Shown here one piece after another: positions 54,381-63,473 of a stretch of 64,000 nucleotides of DNA. How positions within the stretch are numbered: the stretch's first letter is position 1; the number at the start of each line of letters is the position of its first letter. Below the pieces are notes generated by a model. That model did not search any database. It saw only the letters and a program-made list of their open reading frames with translations, and had not been told where the DNA came from. The position numbers and the translations under genes were made by a program. The stretch lies in assembly GCA_014534235.1 (NCBI GenBank), contig JACVRW010000004.1:2137-66136 (forward strand), in the 5' to 3' direction. The stretch is from Thermoleophilaceae bacterium. GTDB lineage: Bacteria > Actinomycetota > Thermoleophilia > Solirubrobacterales > Thermoleophilaceae.

Positions 54381-54683
54381 TTACTTCTCGTCCATGAGTC
54401 GGAGGTCGGAGGGCTCGCGCAGGAGGTCCTCGAGGATCTTGTTGCCCTCGGTGTTGTAGGGCTGTTGCATGTGCTCCTCCCAGGCCGCCTGAGAGCGGAA
54501 CATCTCGAGCATCACCCAGTTGTCCGGGTCGTCTCGAGGCTGGACGAGGTGCATGAAGACGCAGCCCGGCTCCTCGACGCTGTTGCGGCGCATCGACTGC
54601 AGCTGCGCCTCGGCCTCCTGGCGCCGATCGGGCCGGGGCTTGATCGTCACGACCAGGAAGACGGCGCGTTCTTCGTCGCTCAT
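54381..54683 (-). CDS. ABM-domain (antibiotic biosynthesis monooxygenase-like) protein
   Basis: 100 aa. Ferredoxin-like ABM pattern (VFLVVTIKPRPD.. GCVFMHL.. W..LEMFRSQAAWEEHMQ). Confidence 0.75.
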   Translation of the reverse strand: MSDEERAVFLVVTIKPRPDRRQEAEAQLQSMRRNSVEEPGCVFMHLVQPRDDPDNWVMLEMFRSQAAWEEHMQQPYNTEGNKILEDLLREPSDLRLMDEK

Positions 54684-54772
54684 GGGCCTCCCTTACCCGG
54701 TCCCTGCCCGCGGTGCTTGGCGGAGCGGGAACAGGGTATGGTGGCTCCCCCCCCAGTAGGAGGAGGACCGCC

Positions 54773-55735
54773 GTGGGCAAGATCGTCACGCTGGGCGAGG
54801 TCGTGGCCGACGTCTACCGGGAGCGGTCGCCTTCCGCCGTCGAGCTCCCGTTCACCGCCCGCCCGGGCGGAGCGCCGGCGAACGTGGCCGTCGCCGCCGC
54901 ACGGCTCGGAGTCGAGTCGGGGTTCATAGGGAGGGTGGGCGACGACCTCTTCGGTGACTTCATCCTCGACGCCCTAGCGGCGTCGGGCGTGGACACCTCC
55001 GCGATCCTCCGCGACCCGCCGCCCACGCGCACGACGCTGGCGTTCGTCGAGATCTCCGAGGACGGCGACCGCGAGTTCACGTTCTACCGCTCGGTGCCGG
55101 CCGCGGACGAGCTGCTCGCGCCCGAGGACATCAAGCGTGAGAGCCTCGTGGGCGCGTCGTTCGCGAACTTCGGGAGCATCCCGCTGATCAAGGACCCGGT
55201 GCGATCGGCGACGCGCGCGTTCGCCGAGCTCGCGAAGGAGATGGACGTCGCCGTCGCCTTCGACGTCAATCTTCGGACCCATCTCTGGGACAGCCTCGAC
55301 TCGTTCCGCGAGACGATCGACCCGATCCTCGAGCTCTCGACCGTGGTAAAGGTGAGCGAGGACGAGCTCTCGCCGGTACTCGGGGTCGACGACGAGGGAG
55401 AGGCGGCCCGGATGCTGCTCGACCGCGGCGTCACGCTCGCGCTTGTGAGCAAGGGAGGCCAGGGAGCCCTCTACGCCACTGGGACGTTCCAGGGGGACGT
55501 CCCGGCGTTCCCGATCGACGAGGTGGTGGACACGACGGGAGCGGGAGACGCGTTCCTCGCCGGCACGCTGACCCACCTGGCGGAGAACCCGGGGTGGCCC
55601 GAAGACGAGGCGTTGGTGAGCGAGGCGGTGCGCCGGGGGACGGCGGCCGGTGCCCTGGCCTCCACTCAGTTCGGCGCGATGAAGGGGCTGCCTACCGGGG
55701 ACGAGCTCGAGCGCTTCATGGCCGTCCGGAGCTAG
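54773..55735 (+). CDS. PfkB-family sugar kinase (fructokinase-like)
   Basis: ORF 54713..55735. I prefer the GTG at 54773 (AGGAGGAGG 6 nt upstream). Motifs GGAPANVAVAAARLG and DTTGAGDAF. Confidence 0.85.
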   Translation: MGKIVTLGEVVADVYRERSPSAVELPFTARPGGAPANVAVAAARLGVESGFIGRVGDDLFGDFILDALAASGVDTSAILRDPPPTRTTLAFVEISEDGDREFTFYRSVPAADELLAPEDIKRESLVGASFANFGSIPLIKDPVRSATRAFAELAKEMDVAVAFDVNLRTHLWDSLDSFRETIDPILELSTVVKVSEDELSPVLGVDDEGEAARMLLDRGVTLALVSKGGQGALYATGTFQGDVPAFPIDEVVDTTGAGDAFLAGTLTHLAENPGWPEDEALVSEAVRRGTAAGALASTQFGAMKGLPTGDELERFMAVRS

Positions 55736-55895
55736 CGCAACCGGCGCATCGACCGCGCACGGCCGGTCAGCCGCCGCTGCGACGGCGCGCGGACGCCTCG
55801 CCGGCGCGGTCATCCCCGTCTGGGCAACGAGCCTCGCCTCACGTGGGGCCGCTGAGGCGCAGGCGTGGGGCCGACGGCTGCGAGGATCCGGGCTT

Positions 55896-56429
55896 GTGAG
55901 CGAGCTGCGTACGGCCCACACCTCGGAGCTGGACAGCGCGACGCTCGGGGCGACACGGGCGCTGCTCGACGTGGTCTTCGACGATTACTTCAGCGACGAC
56001 GACTGGGAGCACGCCCTGGGCGGAGTGCATGTCCTGGTGTGGGAGGGGGACGAGCTGATCGGGCACGCGTCGGTGGTCCAGCGGCGGCTGCTGCATGGCG
56101 GGAGTGCGCTGCGCTGCGGGTACGTCGAGGCCGTCGGTGTGCGCGCAAACCGCCGTCGGCGGGGCCACGGCTCGGCCATTATGGAGGCGGTCGAGCGAGT
56201 GGTGCACGGCGCGTACCTACTGGGGGCGCTCGTCGCCAGCGGCGAGGGCGCGGCCTTCTACGCGGCGCGCGGCTGGCAGCGCTGGCGAGGGCCGACCTCG
56301 ACGCTCACGCCGACGGGCATCGAACGCACCCAGGAGCACGACGGGGAGATCTACGTGCTGCCGGTGGCCGCGCCGCTCGATCTGTCGGGAGAGCTCACCT
56401 GCGACTGGCGCGACGGCGACGTCTGGTGA
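55896..56429 (+). CDS. aac(2'): AAC(2')-I-like aminoglycoside 2'-N-acetyltransferase (GNAT)
   Basis: 177 aa. Collinear with my recollection of mycobacterial AAC(2')-Ic: DWEHALGG.H, VVQRRL..GG.ALRCGYVEAVGVRA, GPTS.L.PTG, ELTCDWR.GDVW at the C-terminus. Confidence 0.8.
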   Translation: MSELRTAHTSELDSATLGATRALLDVVFDDYFSDDDWEHALGGVHVLVWEGDELIGHASVVQRRLLHGGSALRCGYVEAVGVRANRRRRGHGSAIMEAVERVVHGAYLLGALVASGEGAAFYAARGWQRWRGPTSTLTPTGIERTQEHDGEIYVLPVAAPLDLSGELTCDWRDGDVW

Positions 56430-56490
56430 TGGCCGGGCCTCGACCCGGCGAGCGCCGTCTCAGGCAGTCCGTTGCGCGCCAGGAGCTCGT

Positions 56491-57714
56491 CTAGGTAAAG
56501 GCGCTCACTCCGGTTATGTCCCGGCCGACGATCAGGGCCTGCATCGTCTCGGTGCCCTCGAAGGTGTAGATCGCCTCGATGTCCGCCATGTGGCGCATCA
56601 CGTGATAGTCGAGCAGGATGCCGTTGCCGCCGAGCAGGTTGCGGGCCTCGGCGATCACCTGGCGCGCCTTGACCGTGTTGTTCATCTTGGCGAGCCCGGC
56701 GATCGTGTCCTTCAGCTTCTCCTGTTCGACGAGGCGGCCAAGCTGCAGGCAGTAGAGCTGCATGGCGGTGACGTCGGCCAACATCTTCGCGAGCCGCTCC
56801 TGGATGATCTGGAAGCTCACGAGCGGCTTGCCGAACTGCTCGCGCTGGCGGCAGTAGGTCAGGGCGGAGTCATAGGCCGAGACCGCGTGGCCCAGCGCCA
56901 TCCAGGCGCACGCCTGGCGGGTCGCTGCCAGCACCCGGCCGGCGGCCTTGAAGTTGTTCGCCCCGGGCAAGCGGCTCGCCTCCGGAACGCGGACCTCGCG
57001 CAGGTCGATGTCCGCCTGCCAGACCGCGCGCACCGAGACCTTCCCCTCGATCCTCCGCGCCTCGTATCCCGGAGTATCCGTTTCGACGAGGAAGCCCTTG
57101 ACCTGCCCATCCTCCGTGTCGCGGGCCCAGACCACCACCACGTCCGCGATGGTGCCGTTGCCGATCCAGCGCTTGACGCCGTCGATCACCCACTCGTCAC
57201 CGCCGCGGCGGGCCGAGGTCTCGAGCGCCACGGAATCCGAGCCGTGCGTGGGCTCGGTGAGTGCGAAGCCTCCGATCCTCTCGACGCACGCCATCTCCGG
57301 CAGCCAGCGTCGCTTCTGCTCTTCCGAGCCGAGCATCGCGATCGAGCGCATGGCGAGCCCCGCCTGCACGCCGACGAAGGTGCCCAGGCTGCCGTCGCCT
57401 CGGTTCAGCTCCATGTGCACGAGCCCGGCGGCGATCGGGGTCATCGGCGGGCAGCCATAACCCTCGATGCCGTCGCCGATCAGCCCGAGCTCGCCGAGCC
57501 TACGCGCGAGCTCCAGCGGGAACTCGGCGCGCTCCCAGTAGTCGCCGATGACGGGCAAGAGCTCGTTGTCCACGAAGCGGCGGGTGCGCTCCAGGTACTC
57601 GATCTCCTCCGGCCGCAGCTGCTCGCGCAGCAGGAAGTAGTCTGTCCCGAGGGCCTTCCCCACGTCGGCGTAGGTGGGCGCGGCGCGGGCCGGCGCCGCG
57701 ACGTCGGCGCTCAT
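56491..57714 (-). CDS. Acyl-CoA dehydrogenase (glutaryl-CoA dehydrogenase-like)
   Basis: 407 aa. ACAD N/M/C domains (GFALTEPTHGSDS, WIGNG, TFEGT). Confidence 0.9.
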   Translation of the reverse strand: MSADVAAPARAAPTYADVGKALGTDYFLLREQLRPEEIEYLERTRRFVDNELLPVIGDYWERAEFPLELARRLGELGLIGDGIEGYGCPPMTPIAAGLVHMELNRGDGSLGTFVGVQAGLAMRSIAMLGSEEQKRRWLPEMACVERIGGFALTEPTHGSDSVALETSARRGGDEWVIDGVKRWIGNGTIADVVVVWARDTEDGQVKGFLVETDTPGYEARRIEGKVSVRAVWQADIDLREVRVPEASRLPGANNFKAAGRVLAATRQACAWMALGHAVSAYDSALTYCRQREQFGKPLVSFQIIQERLAKMLADVTAMQLYCLQLGRLVEQEKLKDTIAGLAKMNNTVKARQVIAEARNLLGGNGILLDYHVMRHMADIEAIYTFEGTETMQALIVGRDITGVSAFT

Positions 57715-59210
57715 CGTGTTGCCTCCACCGGCGCCTTTATCTCCCGCTTGAGGATCTTCCCGGTCGGGCCCTTCGGCAGCTCGTCCACGAACCAGACCTG
57801 ACGCGGGTACTTGTAGGCGGCCACCCGGCCCTTTACGAAGTCGCGCAGCTCCGCCTCCGTGACGTCGACATCCGGCTTCAAGCCGATCGCCGCGCCCACC
57901 TCCTCCCCCAGCTCTGGGTGGGGGATGCCGATCACCGCCGCCTCGCGGACGGCCGGATGCTCGTAGATGACCTCCTCGATCTCCCGCGGATAGACGTTGT
58001 AGCCGCCGCGGATGATCATCTCCTTCTTGCGGTCGACGATGAAGAAGTAGCCGTCCTCGTCGACCCTGGCCATGTCGCCGGTGCGGAACCAGCCGTCCCG
58101 GTCGATCGCCTCGGCGGTGGCCTCCGGGCGGTTCCAGTAGCCCTTCATCACGTTGTGGCCCCGGATGACGATCTCGCCGACCTCGCCCTGCGGCACCTCG
58201 TTGCCCTTGTCGTCCACGACCTTCATCTCGACCCCCTCGATCGGGGTGCCGATCGAGCCGACCTTGCGCTCGCGGTCGGGATGGTTGAAGGAGGCCACCG
58301 GCGAGGTCTCAGACAGTCCGTAGCCCTCGAGCAGCTTGCAGCCGAAGGCGTCCTCGAAACCCCGCAACACCTCGGCCGGCATGGCCGCGCCGCCCGACAC
58401 GCACAGCCGGAGCGTGGAAGTGTCGTAGCGCTCACGGTCCTCCACGTGCAGCATCCCGGCGTACATCGTCGGCACGCCCTCGAAGACCCTGACCTTGTCT
58501 CGCTCGATGATCTCGAGCGCCTTGGCGGCGTCGAAGCGCGGGATGAACGTCACGCAGCCCCCGGCCCGGATCGTGGCGTTGAGGGCGCACGTCTGCCCGA
58601 AGGAGTGGAACAGCGGAAGTGCGCCGAGGGTCACGGTATCCTCGCCGAACCCGAACATGCCGTTCACGACCTCCACGTTGCGGGACAGGTTGCGGTGGGT
58701 CAGCTCGGCCCCCTTCGGCTTCCCGGTCGTCCCCGAGGTGTAGAGGATCACCGCGGTGTCGTCCTCGCCGCGCTCCGCGACCTCGGGCTCGGGTTCGACG
58801 CCGGCCAGGAGCTGCTCGAACTCGCCCGGCTTCACGAGCACGCATTCCGCGCCGGCCTCGGCGGCGCCCTTCTCCGCCGCGTCCGCGAACTGGTGCCAGG
58901 CGAACAGGAGCTTCGCCTGCGAGTCGCCGAGGTAGAACGCGACCTCGCGCTCCTTGAGCAGCACGTTCATCGGCACCACCACCCCGCCCGCCCGCAGCAC
59001 GCCGTAGTAGCAGCCGGCGAAGTAGGGGACGTTCGGCAGCATGATGCCCACCCGGTCGCCGGCGGTGACGCCGCGGTCCGAGAGCAGGCGGGCGACGCGC
59101 GCGCTCGCGTCGTCGAGCCGGGCGTAGGTCACCTCGGCGTCATCGAGCTTGAGCGCCGTGCGCTCCGAGCTGCGCCGGGCGGACTCGGTCAGGATGGTCG
59201 CGAGGTTCAT
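57711..59210 (-). CDS. AMP-dependent acyl-CoA synthetase/ligase
   Basis: 499 aa. Motifs LYTSGTTGKPKGA, YGLSETS, TGDMARVDEDGYFFIVDRKK. Confidence 0.9.
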   Translation of the reverse strand: MNLATILTESARRSSERTALKLDDAEVTYARLDDASARVARLLSDRGVTAGDRVGIMLPNVPYFAGCYYGVLRAGGVVVPMNVLLKEREVAFYLGDSQAKLLFAWHQFADAAEKGAAEAGAECVLVKPGEFEQLLAGVEPEPEVAERGEDDTAVILYTSGTTGKPKGAELTHRNLSRNVEVVNGMFGFGEDTVTLGALPLFHSFGQTCALNATIRAGGCVTFIPRFDAAKALEIIERDKVRVFEGVPTMYAGMLHVEDRERYDTSTLRLCVSGGAAMPAEVLRGFEDAFGCKLLEGYGLSETSPVASFNHPDRERKVGSIGTPIEGVEMKVVDDKGNEVPQGEVGEIVIRGHNVMKGYWNRPEATAEAIDRDGWFRTGDMARVDEDGYFFIVDRKKEMIIRGGYNVYPREIEEVIYEHPAVREAAVIGIPHPELGEEVGAAIGLKPDVDVTEAELRDFVKGRVAAYKYPRQVWFVDELPKGPTGKILKREIKAPVEATR

Positions 59211-59231
59211 GTCGTTCCTCCCTCTGGTAAA

Positions 59232-60989
59232 TCACTTCGCCAGCACGTAGGTACCCGGTGCCCGACCGGCGACCTTGTAGTGGCTGTTGCCGAGCGATGG
59301 CGGCGCCGGGCGCATCCGCCCCGAGCGCTCCGCAAGCCAGGCGTCCCAATCCGTCCACCAGGTGCCGCGGCGCTTCGGCGCGCCCTCGAGCCACACCTCT
59401 GGCAGCGGCGGGTTGTCGGCGTCGCGGGTGTGATAGCTCGCCCGCTCGTTGCCCGGTGGATTGACCATGGCGGCCACGTGGCCGCTCGTCGAGAGCACGA
59501 AGCGCGTGTTGCCGCCCAGCAGCTGGGTCGTCAGGTAGGCGTTCTCCCAGGGCACGATGTGGTCGGCGATAGCCGCGACCACGTAAGCGTCGACGGTGAC
59601 CTTGCCGAGATCCACCGGCGTGCCGAGCACGGTCAGCCCGCCTGGCTTGGCGAGCGAGTTCTCGAGCGCCAGCTGGATGAAGTCGCGATGGAGCCCCGCG
59701 GCCATTCGCGTCACGTCGGCGTTCCAGTAGAGGATGTCGAACGCCGGCGGGTCCTTGCCCAGCAAGTAGTTGTTCGCGACGTACGACCAGATCATGTCGT
59801 TCGGCCGCAGCCAGGCGAACACGCCCTCCAGCGCCCTGCCGTCGAGATAGCCCCTGCGGGCGGAGTCGGCAACCGCCATCGCCGCACTCTCCCGGCTGAC
59901 CAACGCGCTGACCGTGCCCGCGCGCTCGTTGTCGATCACGCATACGCCAAGCGTGAGCCCCGCCAACCGATCGAGCTCCCCCTTGGCCGCCAGGTGGCCC
60001 GCCACCGCGGCGGCGGCGATCCCCCCGCTGCAGAGGCCGAGCACGTGAGCGCGCTCGACCCCCGCGATCGAGTGCGCGGCCGCGAGCGCTTCCAGGATGG
60101 ACTCGCAGTAGGTCCCGAGGTCCCAGTTCCTGTGGCGCTCGTCCGGGTTGCGCCACGAGATGGCCAACACCTGCTGGCCCTGCCGCACGTAGTACTCGAG
60201 CATGCTGCGGCCGGGCGCGAGGTCGGTGATGTAGTACTTGTTGATCATCGGCGGCACGACGAGCAGCGGCACGGAGCGCACCTCGTCGGTCTGCGGCTCG
60301 TACTGGATCAGCTCGAACACCTCGGTTCGCAGTACGACGGCGCCGGGCGTGACGGCCAGGTCCTTGCCGACCCTGAACTTCGACATGTCGACGCTCGCCG
60401 GCAGCCGCGGCGGTGTCGCAAGGTCGCGCACAACGTTGCGGGCGCCGCGCGTGAAGCTCGTTCCGCCCGTGTCGATCGCCCTCTTGAGCGCCTCCGGGTT
60501 GGACCAGGGGTAGTTGGTCGGGGCCAGCGCGTTGACGACGTTCTCGACGGCGAAACGCACCCGGCGCTCGTCCTGCAGGTCCAGCTCGGCGTCGGCGATC
60601 ACGCCGTCGAGCGCCTGGCCGACGGCGAGGTAGGACTGCATCAAGCGGCGGAAGAGCCAGCTCTCCCGCCATGCCGCGTCCCCGAAGCGGCGGTCCCCCC
60701 GCGGCGGCTCCCCCTCCGCGCTGCCCGCGACGATGCCGGCCAGACTTCCCCCAAGCTCGGCCGCCCGCCGAGCGATTCGACCGGGGCGGCGGGCGAGGGC
60801 CCCGGCGAAGCGCAGGGTCGGACCCACGGGCAGAAATCGCTCGCGGGCGCTGGCGCTCGCGTCGGTGAGCAGCACGTCGAGGGCGGCAGCCGGCGCTCGA
60901 CGGGCGTACCTGCGCCTGCGTTCTCGAGCCGCGGCCCGATCGCGTACCGGCTCCGCGTTCTGCCTCGGTGCGCTGGTACGGCTAGCCAT
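59232..60989 (-). CDS. phaC: Class I-type poly(R)-hydroxyalkanoate synthase
   Basis: Last 585 aa of ORF 59232..61091, from ATG 60989. Lipase-box variant GLCSGG, plus FDILYWNADVTRM. Confidence 0.85.
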   Translation of the reverse strand: MASRTSAPRQNAEPVRDRAAARERRRRYARRAPAAALDVLLTDASASARERFLPVGPTLRFAGALARRPGRIARRAAELGGSLAGIVAGSAEGEPPRGDRRFGDAAWRESWLFRRLMQSYLAVGQALDGVIADAELDLQDERRVRFAVENVVNALAPTNYPWSNPEALKRAIDTGGTSFTRGARNVVRDLATPPRLPASVDMSKFRVGKDLAVTPGAVVLRTEVFELIQYEPQTDEVRSVPLLVVPPMINKYYITDLAPGRSMLEYYVRQGQQVLAISWRNPDERHRNWDLGTYCESILEALAAAHSIAGVERAHVLGLCSGGIAAAAVAGHLAAKGELDRLAGLTLGVCVIDNERAGTVSALVSRESAAMAVADSARRGYLDGRALEGVFAWLRPNDMIWSYVANNYLLGKDPPAFDILYWNADVTRMAAGLHRDFIQLALENSLAKPGGLTVLGTPVDLGKVTVDAYVVAAIADHIVPWENAYLTTQLLGGNTRFVLSTSGHVAAMVNPPGNERASYHTRDADNPPLPEVWLEGAPKRRGTWWTDWDAWLAERSGRMRPAPPSLGNSHYKVAGRAPGTYVLAK

Positions 60990-61045
60990 CGCTCTCTTCT
61001 TACCCGGACGCGGCCCCGGCACCATCGGGTGCCACACTGCCCTTC

Positions 61046-61837
61046 GTGAACCTCGACGAGGGCGGCGCCCCGGCGTTCGATCCGGTCCCACCGGGCGCCG
61101 GTGAGCGCGTCGGGCGATGGTGGGGCAACCACCCGGCGGAGCTTCGCTGGCAAGCCGAGGCGGCGCGCCTTCTCGTGGATCCGGTCTTCTACGGACGCGA
61201 GGTCCCGCACGGAGACGGCCGCCCCGTCGTGCTGCTGCCCGGCTTCCTCGCAGGGGACTACACCCTCGGCACGATGGCCTTATGGCTACGTCGGCTCGGG
61301 TACCGGCCGTCCCGGTGCGGCTTCCTGTTCAACGTGGACTGTTCCGAGCGGTCGCTAGGCCGCGTGGAGGACACCGTCGACGCGATGCACCGCCGGTACG
61401 CCCGGCGGGTGGCGGTGATCGGCCACAGCCGCGGCGGCCACTTCGCGAGGGCGCTCGCCGTTCGCCGCCCCGATCGCGTGTCGCACGTGGTCTCCCTCGG
61501 CGCCGGGCTCAACCGTCCCTACGACATCAGCGCTCCCGCCATGGCGGCCGTGGCGGCCGTCCGCGCGGCGCACCGGCGCATGAGCGACCGAGCTCGCGAG
61601 CGCGGATGCCTGAGCGAGCGCTGCACCTGCTCGTTCGCACAGGCGTACGCGGCTCCGTTCCCGTCTGCGGTGCGCCTGACGAGCATCTACTCGAGGGGCG
61701 ACGGCGTGGTGCGCTGGCGGTCGTGCGTGGTGCCGTACGCGCACACCGTCGAGGTCACCGGTAGCCACGTGGGCCTTGCGTTCAACCGGAAGGCCTACCG
61801 GGTGATGGCGCACGCGCTCGCCGCGCCCGAGCGGTAG
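61046..61837 (+). CDS. Alpha/beta-fold hydrolase
   Basis: 263 aa. Nucleophile elbow VIGHSRGG. Divergent from phaC. GTG start, uncertain. Confidence 0.7.
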   Translation: MNLDEGGAPAFDPVPPGAGERVGRWWGNHPAELRWQAEAARLLVDPVFYGREVPHGDGRPVVLLPGFLAGDYTLGTMALWLRRLGYRPSRCGFLFNVDCSERSLGRVEDTVDAMHRRYARRVAVIGHSRGGHFARALAVRRPDRVSHVVSLGAGLNRPYDISAPAMAAVAAVRAAHRRMSDRARERGCLSERCTCSFAQAYAAPFPSAVRLTSIYSRGDGVVRWRSCVVPYAHTVEVTGSHVGLAFNRKAYRVMAHALAAPER

Positions 61838-62077
61838 CCGGCTCCCGGCCGCGCCTCAAGCGAGCAATGCCGCTGGCGCCGTGGTAGGCACCGGCTCGGC
61901 GGCTCGCTCTACGCCGGGGCCAATCGGCCGAGGCGGGGCCGTGCGGGCTCGGCTCGCACGCTCGCGAGCGCCTAGTTCCGACCACCGCCCACCGGGAAGT
62001 CGCGGCTGCGCACCTTCTGCGGTAGGTTTCTTCCTAGAAGGCTCCGGGGACAAGGCCCTACCCCCGAGAGAGAAGGC

Positions 62078-62734
62078 GTGTCGGAACCGCTCATCCAGAA
62101 GGCGACCGCGAACCACGACCCGGCGGTCGACGAGGCAGGCAGCAGTCGCGGCCTGACCCGCGGCCAAGCGATCGCGGGAAGCGTCGCGGCCGGCGGAGCG
62201 CTGGCGGCGGCAGGGATACTCGCCGGCGGCTTGCCGAGGCTCGCCGTCTCGAAGCCGTCGCGCGAGCAGGACGCGCGGGTGCTGGAGTGGCTGTTGCAGG
62301 TGGAGTACCTCCAAGCCGGCTTCTACACCGAGGTGGAGCGCCGAGGCGCGCTGCGGGGCGAGCTGCGCGAGTTCGCGGTCCTGGTGGGGCAGCAGGAGCG
62401 CGCACACGTGAACGCCCTCGAGAGAGCTCTCGGCCGCAACAGCTCGCCGAAGCGACCCGCGCTCGACTTCGGCGATGCGACGACCGACTCCGACCGGTTC
62501 ATACCCACCGCCGTCGAGCTCGAGGAGATCGCGGTGGCGGCGTTCAACGGGCAGGTGCCGAACCTGACGAGGCCGCGGGTGATGACGGCGATGAAGATCG
62601 TGTCGGTGGAGGCACGTCACGTCGGCTGGGCACGTGATCTGGCCGGCCGCAACCCGGCCCCTCAGCCCGCCGACAAGCCGGCGACACAAGAGCAGACCAG
62701 AGCGGCGATGAACGCCACGGGCTTCATTCAGTAG
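62078..62734 (+). CDS. Ferritin-like (Ferritin_2/DUF4439-type) exported protein, paralogue A
   Basis: 218 aa. N-terminal signal-like segment, then LEWLLQVEYLQAGFYTE.. ERAHVNAL.. EARHVGW. Confidence 0.7.
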   Translation: MSEPLIQKATANHDPAVDEAGSSRGLTRGQAIAGSVAAGGALAAAGILAGGLPRLAVSKPSREQDARVLEWLLQVEYLQAGFYTEVERRGALRGELREFAVLVGQQERAHVNALERALGRNSSPKRPALDFGDATTDSDRFIPTAVELEEIAVAAFNGQVPNLTRPRVMTAMKIVSVEARHVGWARDLAGRNPAPQPADKPATQEQTRAAMNATGFIQ

Positions 62735-62789
62735 CCAACGGACCGTCGGTCAGCTGCTCTTGCGGCGGCGGCGGCGAGGAGACCGATAC

Positions 62790-63473
62790 ATGTCCGACCT
62801 TACCCTTGAAACGGTTGACCGGTCCGGTGCGATTGCCGAGACGTTCGACGAGCTGACCGCAGGCACGCGCGCCGACTTCTTTCGGAAGGCGGTGATCGGC
62901 GGCACCGCCCTCACGGCGGCGCTCGAGACCCCAGCGCTGGCACAACCGCGCAACACGGCGAAGGACATTGCGATCCTCCGGTTCGACCTCAACCTCGAGT
63001 ACCTGCAGGCGGCGATGTACGGCGAAGCCGAGCGTCTCGGGCAGATCGGCCCGAGGACGCTCGATTGGTCGCGCGTCGTGGGCGCCAACGAGCGCGGGCA
63101 CGTGCGCGCGATCCGCGGCCTGCTGGGTCGGGACGCGGTCAAGAGCCCCAGCTTCAACTTCCGCGGCGTGACCGAAGACGACCGCCTGTTCACGGAGACC
63201 GCGGTCGCGTTCGAGGACCTCACCGCGGCGCTGCTGAAGACGCAGGCGATCCAGGTCGATTCCCGCCACGTGCTGGCGGCGCTCGCTTCCCTACACAGCG
63301 TCGAAGCTCGCCACGCCGCCTGGATCCGCCACATCGCTGGGATCGTGCCGTCGGCCGATGCGTTCGACGAGCCGACGTCGAAGGCCAAGGTCGTCCGCCT
63401 GGTTGACTCGACGAACTTCGTCACCTCGGTGCCGAGGACGAAGGGTAGGCGGCGGCCGGGGTATACGGGGTGA
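62790..63473 (+). CDS. Ferritin-like exported protein, paralogue B
   Basis: ORF 62760..63473. I prefer the ATG at 62790 (GAGGAG upstream). TRADFFRKAVIGGTALTAAL, then LNLEYLQAAMYGE.. ERGHVRAI.. EARHAAW. Confidence 0.7.
   Translation: MSDLTLETVDRSGAIAETFDELTAGTRADFFRKAVIGGTALTAALETPALAQPRNTAKDIAILRFDLNLEYLQAAMYGEAERLGQIGPRTLDWSRVVGANERGHVRAIRGLLGRDAVKSPSFNFRGVTEDDRLFTETAVAFEDLTAALLKTQAIQVDSRHVLAALASLHSVEARHAAWIRHIAGIVPSADAFDEPTSKAKVVRLVDSTNFVTSVPRTKGRRRPGYTG

Noticed and set aside
57918-61049. 1043-aa plus-strand ORF
   Set aside because: It is antisense to the well-supported acyl-CoA ligase and phaC genes. It has no recognisable motif, and its composition is dominated by R/A/G/P/V/L. It is a GC-driven shadow ORF.
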